A stretch of DNA of 64,000 nucleotides from Chloroflexota bacterium. Lineage in GTDB: Bacteria; Chloroflexota; Anaerolineae; Anaerolineales; Villigracilaceae. Location: NCBI GenBank assembly GCA_043826315.1, contig JBDRQK010000014.1:4230-68229 (forward strand), in the 5' to 3' direction. A program made the translations under genes and the position numbers. The notes under the pieces were generated by a model. It did no database searches and was not told the origin of the DNA. It saw nothing but the letters and a program-made list of their open reading frames with translations. Of the stretch, positions 57,754 through 64,000 are shown in pieces; position 1 is the first letter of the stretch; each line of letters starts with the position of its first letter.

Positions 57754-58095
57754 CTACTCCACATCTATACTATCCACACGCATCTCATCGCCATGGATCA
57801 CTTGAACCCGAATGCTACCACAGGATGGGCAATCGAATGTTTCAGAATTGGGGAAAAATAGAATACCACAATCAAAGCAACGCATTTCTGTTGGAATGCG
57901 TTTGAAATTTAACTTTGCTCCAAGTGCAATTGTACCTTCGCTGATAATATCCCAATAAAACTGGATAGAATCATCCACAAGACTGGCCATTTGCCCAATC
58001 AGGAGATTTATTCCGGTTATTTGTTTTGCATCAACTTTACGGGCATTTTCCAGGGCGATGGATAAGATACTTTGAGTAACGTCGAGTTCATGCAT
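57754..58095 (-). CDS. hypA: Hydrogenase nickel-insertion protein HypA
   Basis: CFDCG and CPSCG zinc motifs. I place the start at the second ATG so the protein begins MHE, the conserved Ni-binding N-terminus. Confidence 0.9.
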   Translation of the reverse strand: MHELDVTQSILSIALENARKVDAKQITGINLLIGQMASLVDDSIQFYWDIISEGTIALGAKLNFKRIPTEMRCFDCGILFFPNSETFDCPSCGSIRVQVIHGDEMRVDSIDVE

Positions 58096-58297
58096 CAAAT
58101 TTTTGAAATTGAAAATGAGAAATATTAGTAAAGGAATTTAGGGTTTCTATGTTTTTTCTAAGTATATTTGTTTCTTTATAATTGTATCAAACTTTGGTGA
58201 GAAACTGTTTGCATAAGAGAGACATATCATGTAATATATCATGGAACTACTAAAACAATAGGGGTTATATTTAATTGATATTCAGATTGGAGGAGAA

Positions 58298-59671
58298 ATG
58301 ACAGACTTCGTAAAAAACCAAATGATGAACGATAAGAAAGAGATACGTGGTTGGGCAATGTATGATTGGGCAAATTCAGCCTTCAGCACAACTGTTGGAA
58401 CTGTATTTCTAGGTCCATATCTTGCATCTTTGGCCTCAACTGCAGCTCGGGGGACTACAGATGGTATGGCGCGTTTTCTTGGAATTCCGATAGCGCCAGA
58501 TTCATTTTTACCCTATTGCGTTTCTTTATCAGTATTTTTGCAGGTCATATTTCTGCCAATATTGGGTGCAATAGCCGACTATTCACATCTGCGAAAACAA
58601 ATGATGCAACTTTTTGCAACCATTGGCGCTTTAGCTACAATTGGATTATTTTTTGTGACTGAACCTTTGTGGTGGTTGGGAGGATTACTTTTTATGCTTG
58701 CCAACCTCGCTTTTGGAGCAGCGATGGTTTTCTATAATTCCTATTTACCGGATATAGCCAGTGAAGGGCAACGTGATCGGGTTTCATCTTACGGATGGGC
58801 TATGGGATACTTAGGTGGAGGACTATTACTACTACTTAATTTGGCATTCTATCTTACACATGAAAAACTTGGTGTTCCAACCGGACTTGCCATACGGATA
58901 AATTTAGCCTCTGCCGGTGTATGGTGGCTGGGTTTCTCATTTCTTACTTGGTCTCATCTGCGTGCCCGTAAAGCTGCGCGACCATTACCCGCAAATGAGA
59001 CTTACACCAGTGCTGGATTTAAGCAATTAAGGAAAACACTCAAAGAATTAAAGAATTTCCCGGAGACAATTAAATATCTAATTGCATATTTCTTATATAA
59101 TGATGGAATACAGACAGTTATTGCGGTTTCAGCCACGTTTGCCGCTGCGCCAATAATTCGGGGAGGAATACAAGTAGATCAGAGTACTCTAACGATGGTT
59201 ATTCTGATGATCCAATTTGTTGCCTTTGGTGGCGCCTTATTCTGGGGTAAATTGGCAAAATGGGTTGGTGCAAAGGAATCCATCATTATCAGCCTGGTGA
59301 TTTGGTCCGGTGTTACTATATTTGCTTATTTTGGATTAAAAGGGGATACCCGCGTTTTACAATTCTGGGTGTTGGGGTTCTTCATTGCACTTGTTATGGG
59401 TGGTAGCCAAGCTATTAGTCGTAGCCTGTTTTCACAAATGGTTCCAAATGGAAAAGAAGCTGAATATTTCTCATTTTACGAAATCAGTGAACGAGGTACA
59501 TCCTGGATTGGCCCAATGCTTTTTGGTGTTGTAAACCAATTATTCGGAAGTTTACGCCCTGCGATCTTATCGTTAATATTTTTCTTCGTGTTAGGATTGA
59601 TCTTGCTGCCATTTGTAAATGTTAAGAAAGCAATTGCTGATGTAAAAGCAAATGAACCTGTAGAAAATTAA
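58298..59671 (+). CDS. MFS transporter, UMF1/Atg22-like family
   Basis: 457 aa. The N-terminal GWAMYDWANSAF is typical of the UMF1 family. Multiple TM segments. Confidence 0.8.
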   Translation: MTDFVKNQMMNDKKEIRGWAMYDWANSAFSTTVGTVFLGPYLASLASTAARGTTDGMARFLGIPIAPDSFLPYCVSLSVFLQVIFLPILGAIADYSHLRKQMMQLFATIGALATIGLFFVTEPLWWLGGLLFMLANLAFGAAMVFYNSYLPDIASEGQRDRVSSYGWAMGYLGGGLLLLLNLAFYLTHEKLGVPTGLAIRINLASAGVWWLGFSFLTWSHLRARKAARPLPANETYTSAGFKQLRKTLKELKNFPETIKYLIAYFLYNDGIQTVIAVSATFAAAPIIRGGIQVDQSTLTMVILMIQFVAFGGALFWGKLAKWVGAKESIIISLVIWSGVTIFAYFGLKGDTRVLQFWVLGFFIALVMGGSQAISRSLFSQMVPNGKEAEYFSFYEISERGTSWIGPMLFGVVNQLFGSLRPAILSLIFFFVLGLILLPFVNVKKAIADVKANEPVEN

Positions 59672-59683
59672 CTTGTGAAACAT

Positions 59684-59730
59684 AAATGGATGCAGGCAAT
59701 AATTAATGACTGCATCCATTTATTATTATT
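59684..59730 (+). terminator. Rho-independent terminator after the UMF1 transporter
   Basis: 12-bp perfect stem AAATGGATGCAG / CTGCATCCATTT, 14-nt loop, T-rich tail. Confidence 0.65.
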
Positions 59731-59988
59731 TTGATTTGGAAAAACAATAATCTAATTGCTAGCTTCTTTCTTGAGATCTCAAATTTATATCTAATCGATA
59801 GAGCGCAACCCTCCAGGTTCGTGTGGAATTACAGGTTAATTGACCTGCTTGATTTTGTAGAATCTCAAACCCGAGTATTACCTCTGGGGAACCATTTATT
59901 AATGTTACAAAGAAATCCAAAAGTTTAGTTTTATCTCAGATTATCAATTAGATATTTGTTAGCATTCTTGGACCTTTGAAAGTAAATA

Positions 59989-61515
59989 TTACAAACCACC
60001 AATTTGATTGATTGATTTTAACAACTGGGTCTCAAGAATAGAAGCTCTTTGGGCTATTAGTTCAATTTGTGTTTGCATGCGTTCACGTACAACTGAATCT
60101 GTCATATTGGAGAGATTAATTCGTACATTGTAACTTGCAGCTTTTATGGAGGCTAAGGCTAATGCTCCAGCAGATCCTGCATCACTTATAGCATTTCTAT
60201 TCCCTAAAACAACAACTCTTTCTGAGAGGGCAAGTATTGATAGACTTAGTTGCGCAACTTGCATGGGTATTATTGCAGCTGCTTGTGTTGCCTTTTCAAT
60301 CGCATTCATTCTGGAAGTATCCAATTCAAGTGTATCTCGTGGAAGTTTGAAGGCAAGCATAACATCCTCAAATGCTAAGGCATCCTGCTGGACAAAATCG
60401 GTCAATTGGGAACGAATTTTTTCGGACTGGAGGAGGATTTCATCCATTTGTGCTTCTACCGATGAGTATTTCTTCTTACCAATTGTTAGGCGAGCTACCA
60501 TTGAAACAAGTGCAGCTGCTATTGCGCCTGTGTAAGCAGCTGCAGAGCCTCCGCCTGGTGCAGGTTTGCTTGATGCGAATTCATCCAATAAATTCGAATC
60601 AATAATTTTATTTTGTGAACTGGAAGTGAGCAAATGTCGCTCAAAAATCTGATCCAACTTAAAACCATCAAGTTTAAGATATGTTATTACAGTATCCATG
60701 AGTGCGTCTTGAGGAACCAATCCTACCAATTCACTGTGATGAATATCGGTATTTAATTTTGCAGCTTGTAATCGAATTGCCTCAAACACCTGTATTATTG
60801 AAGTAACTCTATAATTTGTCAGATTCATCGAGATTTGGGCTAATCCATTCACCAGCATTCCTAATGCTTTAACAGAAACCAAACCTCCCGACGATTCCCG
60901 GATAATCCGTGCAATAGTTTTGGCTTTTTGAAGATCGTCTGAATCAAGAAAAACATTGAATGCGATCAACGGATTTCGTGCACCAATTATAGTTGCCCCA
61001 GCGGTTTTAATAACTAAGGGTCCAAAATCTGGAATTCGAGAGGTATTGGTTTGAATTTCTTCTTTAAGCAATTCGTATTCACCTCTTCGAATATCTTCAA
61101 GTTTTTTTCGTTCAGGAATTAAAGCTGCTTCTTCATAGAGGTAAACAGGGATTTGTAATTCTTTCCCTACCCTTTCTGCAAGATGACGCGCTATTTTTAT
61201 ACATTCCATCATTGATACCCCTGAAATAGGAACAAAAGGAACAACATCTGTTGCCCCCAAACGGGGATGTGCACCTTTATGGACATCCAAATTAATCAAT
61301 TCTGAGGCTTTTTTTATTGCTTGAAAAGCAGCCTCCTCAACCGAATCGGGAGCCCCAATAAATGTTACAACTGTTCGGTTGTGATCACTATCGGAATGAA
61401 AATCTAGGATCTTAACATTTGGAGTCGACTCAATAGTGTGTAAAATATTTTTGATCACTTCTGATCTACGAGCTTCAGAAAAATTTGGAATGCATTCAAT
61501 TATTCGACCTGACAT
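59989..61515 (-). CDS. Bifunctional glutamate formimidoyltransferase / formimidoyl-THF cyclodeaminase
   Basis: The N-terminal IIECIPNFSEARR..DHNRTV..HPRLGATDVVPFVP is formiminotransferase-like. The C-terminal PAPGGGSAAAYTGAIAAALVSMVARLTIGKKKY is cyclodeaminase-like. ATG 61515 (MSGRII) is preferred to 61533. Confidence 0.85.
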   Translation of the reverse strand: MSGRIIECIPNFSEARRSEVIKNILHTIESTPNVKILDFHSDSDHNRTVVTFIGAPDSVEEAAFQAIKKASELINLDVHKGAHPRLGATDVVPFVPISGVSMMECIKIARHLAERVGKELQIPVYLYEEAALIPERKKLEDIRRGEYELLKEEIQTNTSRIPDFGPLVIKTAGATIIGARNPLIAFNVFLDSDDLQKAKTIARIIRESSGGLVSVKALGMLVNGLAQISMNLTNYRVTSIIQVFEAIRLQAAKLNTDIHHSELVGLVPQDALMDTVITYLKLDGFKLDQIFERHLLTSSSQNKIIDSNLLDEFASSKPAPGGGSAAAYTGAIAAALVSMVARLTIGKKKYSSVEAQMDEILLQSEKIRSQLTDFVQQDALAFEDVMLAFKLPRDTLELDTSRMNAIEKATQAAAIIPMQVAQLSLSILALSERVVVLGNRNAISDAGSAGALALASIKAASYNVRINLSNMTDSVVRERMQTQIELIAQRASILETQLLKSINQIGGL

Positions 61516-61651
61516 TGAAATTCCTTTATCCATATTAATATATATTGATCATCCAAGATTCATCGAAATGATTACTTCATTAAAATCTATTATTCGTAGT
61601 TCTCATTGAAAAATTTCAGGATAAGAATAAAATGGTATTTATTCGAACATT

Positions 61652-62425
61652 TCATTTTGATATTTCAACATATTCAGCGTGAGAAAAAATCTTAAATCGA
61701 TCCTTCCTGGCATAACCGATAATACATATACCCAATTGTAAGGCCAAATCTATCGATAAAGAACTCGGTGATGTCCGTGAAATTATAATGGATGCACCAA
61801 TGCGCGCAGATTTTTGAAGCATTTCTGAACTTATGCGACCAGTGGAGATAATTATTCCCGGCAATGGAAAACTATTTTTCATCAAACAAAAACCAGAAAT
61901 TTTGTCAAGTGTGTTGTGCCTGCCTATATCTTCCATAACTATCAGTATTTTTTCACCATCACTTAATGCAGAAGAATGAACCCCACCAGATATGGAGTAT
62001 AAATTCTGGTTTTTAAGAAGGAGGTCAAGAAGAAGTGATATTTTTTGTGGGGAAATGCTTGTTGGCAACAGACTTGTTTTCAAGGATTTGCTAAGAATCA
62101 CTGAAGTAGATCCTCCGGTGCAACCAGATGTGCGTTGCCATTTTTTCGGCAAATTGATTGCATGATTTAACCAGATATCAATATTATTTCCGTTATGGCA
62201 GACTTCAACCATTTTGATTTCTTGGAATGAATTGATCAAACCCTCATTATAAAGAAATCCAATTGCCAGCTCTTCCAGATTCGTTGGAGTGCACATCAAT
62301 GTTATCCAATATTTACCATCAATGGAAATATCAATTGGTTTCTCAACAATTACATGGGTTTTGCTTTCCTCGATTTTATCTGGAAGATAGGTAATTACTT
62401 CAAAATTCTTATAAGATTGGTGCAT
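61652..62425 (-). CDS. fdhD: Formate dehydrogenase accessory sulfurtransferase FdhD family
   Basis: 257 aa. EDIGRHNTLDK and SGRISSEMLQKSARIGASIIISRTSPSSL match FdhD. The Cys loop reads RTSGCTGGS rather than SSCGVCG. Confidence 0.8.
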   Translation of the reverse strand: MHQSYKNFEVITYLPDKIEESKTHVIVEKPIDISIDGKYWITLMCTPTNLEELAIGFLYNEGLINSFQEIKMVEVCHNGNNIDIWLNHAINLPKKWQRTSGCTGGSTSVILSKSLKTSLLPTSISPQKISLLLDLLLKNQNLYSISGGVHSSALSDGEKILIVMEDIGRHNTLDKISGFCLMKNSFPLPGIIISTGRISSEMLQKSARIGASIIISRTSPSSLSIDLALQLGICIIGYARKDRFKIFSHAEYVEISK

Positions 62426-62527
62426 TTGTTTTCCTGTGCATAATTATTAATGAAAGTATTTTGTTCAAATATTATCATATATGAATTAGGGTAGGCAGAT
62501 AACCCTGAATTGCATTAGAATTAATAA

Positions 62528-64000
62528 ATGCGTAAACCGTTTTTTCTAATTATATTAAGTGGATTTGTTATTTTAATAGTTGGATGTGTTCGTTCAGCAC
62601 CAGAATCGCCAGAATGGAAACCAGGGGCTCCTGAAATTAATCCAACAGATAATGAGTTCATTACTAAAACTCCCACTCCTTCTTTTCACTTGCTGCCAAC
62701 AAGGATTCCTGGATCACCAGAATTAACCCCAACTCCAGATACCCCCAGGGTAATTTCAACCCAACTCACAAATCCCGACCAATATACTGTCCAGTCGGGA
62801 GATTCACTTGGAATAATAGCTCGCCAATTTTCGATTTCTATAGACTCGCTTATGAAAGCAAATAATTTAAGCGATCCAAATATTTTATATATCGGACAAA
62901 TCCTTGTAATACCACAACCTTCACTTCAGGATACCGGAACAGCATTCAAAATCATCCCCGACTCAGAATTGGTTTTTGGACCAATGAGCATTACATTCGA
63001 CAATATAAATTTTATTCATAATTTTGGGGGATATTTATCCAATTATCATGAAGATATTGATGACAGTTATTTGGATGCGGGACAGATAATAAATTTGGTT
63101 TCTGAAAATTATTCAGTAAATCCACGACTGTTATTAGCTTTATTGGAATATCGTTCTGGTTGGTTAACTAAAACCTTGCCAACATCGAATACGCTTGATT
63201 ACCCAATAGGTTTTAATGATAATTGGCATATTGGATTATACAGGCAATTAACTTGGGCAGCAAACATATTGAATCGCGGCTATTATCTATGGAAAGTTAA
63301 TGCTCTTGCAGGAGTTCTCCTTACCGATGGAGTATTTGTACCGTTAGACCCAACGATCAATTCTGGTACAGCAGCAGTACAATATCTATTTTCCAACTTG
63401 GATGATTATGTAGATTGGCAAGAAGATGTTTCCCCGGATGGTTTTTACTCTGTTTATAAAAATTTATTCGGCTATCCATTCGATTTCGCAATAGAGCCAC
63501 TAGTTCCATCAGATCTCATTCAACCAGATATGATATTACCATTTGAAAAAAATTTAATATGGTCTTTTACCGGGGGGCCACACGGTGGATGGGACTCTGG
63601 TTCTGCATGGGCAGCACTTGATTTTGCACCCCCTGGTGAAACCCAGGGTTGTGTTATGAGTAATGCTTGGGTAACTGCTGTAGCTGATGGGCTGATCGTA
63701 CGAGCAAAGAATGGGGCAGTGATCCAGGATCTGGATGGTGATGGCTTTGAACAAACAGGTTGGGTCATTTTGTATATGCATATCGATAGGATTGATCGAG
63801 TTACAGAAGGAATGTTTTTACATGCCGGCGACAGAATAGGTCATCCATCATGCGAAGGTGGTGTATCGAATGGAACACATGTCCACCTTGCTCGAAAATT
63901 TAATGGTGAGTGGATATCGGCGGATGGTTCGGTCCCTTTTAACTTGGATGGATGGGTATCTTCTGGTACTGGTTATGAGTATGATGGTTATCTCAAGCGT
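62528..64000 (+). CDS. LysM-domain M23-family peptidase lipoprotein (partial; 3' end beyond window)
   Basis: Absent from the ORF track because it is open at the window end. My translation from ATG 62528 gives MRKPFFLIILSGFVILIVGC (lipobox), LysM YTVQSGDSLGIIARQFSISIDSLMKANNLSDPNILYIGQILVIP, and C-terminal M23-like PHGGWD ... GTHVHLARKFNGEW. Stop-free to 64000. Confidence 0.8.
   Translation, partial: MRKPFFLIILSGFVILIVGCVRSAPESPEWKPGAPEINPTDNEFITKTPTPSFHLLPTRIPGSPELTPTPDTPRVISTQLTNPDQYTVQSGDSLGIIARQFSISIDSLMKANNLSDPNILYIGQILVIPQPSLQDTGTAFKIIPDSELVFGPMSITFDNINFIHNFGGYLSNYHEDIDDSYLDAGQIINLVSENYSVNPRLLLALLEYRSGWLTKTLPTSNTLDYPIGFNDNWHIGLYRQLTWAANILNRGYYLWKVNALAGVLLTDGVFVPLDPTINSGTAAVQYLFSNLDDYVDWQEDVSPDGFYSVYKNLFGYPFDFAIEPLVPSDLIQPDMILPFEKNLIWSFTGGPHGGWDSGSAWAALDFAPPGETQGCVMSNAWVTAVADGLIVRAKNGAVIQDLDGDGFEQTGWVILYMHIDRIDRVTEGMFLHAGDRIGHPSCEGGVSNGTHVHLARKFNGEWISADGSVPFNLDGWVSSGTGYEYDGYLKR

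Noticed and set aside
59771-59782. Short perfect palindromes in intergenic DNA: TTGAGATCTCAA (59771-59782), ACCATAATTATGGT (2149-2162), and the imperfect CAGGTTAATTGACCTG (59832-59847).
   Set aside because: 6+6 and 7+7 palindromes are expected by chance several to many times in 64 kb. There is no supporting context such as an adjacent regulator or repetition.
1-64000. The two LysM/M23 peptidase genes at opposite window edges as a large repeat or duplication. Also a window-wide look for CRISPR arrays, tandem repeats, IS elements and rRNA.
   Set aside because: The two peptidases differ in architecture and sequence (signal peptide versus lipoprotein, and different middle regions). No repeat-spacer pattern, terminal inverted repeats, transposase or rRNA-like sequence was seen.

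Overview
AT-rich (by eye, not computed) bacterial chromosomal window, densely coding and mostly housekeeping. The protein sequences look Chloroflexota/Anaerolineae-like, but that is an unverified impression. I see no transposase, integrase, prophage, CRISPR array, rRNA or obvious defence island. Recognisable content, in order: LysM/M23 peptidases open at both window edges; ftsH and lon, each next to an orphan receiver domain; fadD-like ligase; miaA; efp; fabF-fabH; Moco genes (mog, moaC-moaD-moaE, fdhD); a ThrC-type PLP enzyme; MoxR-DUF58; an argF-rocD-AlaDH-like-CoA-transferase-pyk operon; two-subunit korAB with a GntR regulator; a stand-alone nuoB-nuoCD-nuoI module followed by a CxxC protein, an Mrp ATPase and PSP1/RicT; glmS with an upstream glmS ribozyme; ygiQ plus a THUMP methyltransferase; hypABCDE; a fused formimidoyltransferase-cyclodeaminase; two MFS transporters; tRNA-Arg(TCT) and tRNA-Pro(CGG). 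One clear pseudogene is present, a decayed thiol peroxidase (tpx). The candidates most worth a second look are: (1) the orphan complex I Q-module, whose divergent Cys-containing regulator sits behind a perfect 14+6+14 bp palindrome; (2) an Mrp/ApbC homolog that lacks the cluster-binding CxxC, immediately preceded by a small double-CxxC protein; (3) an AlaDH-family paralog with the catalytic Lys and His replaced, sitting in an ornithine-related operon; (4) two tightly linked proteins of unknown function that abut tRNA-Arg. None of these is demonstrably a new system from sequence alone. All family calls rest on motif recognition by eye, not on searches.
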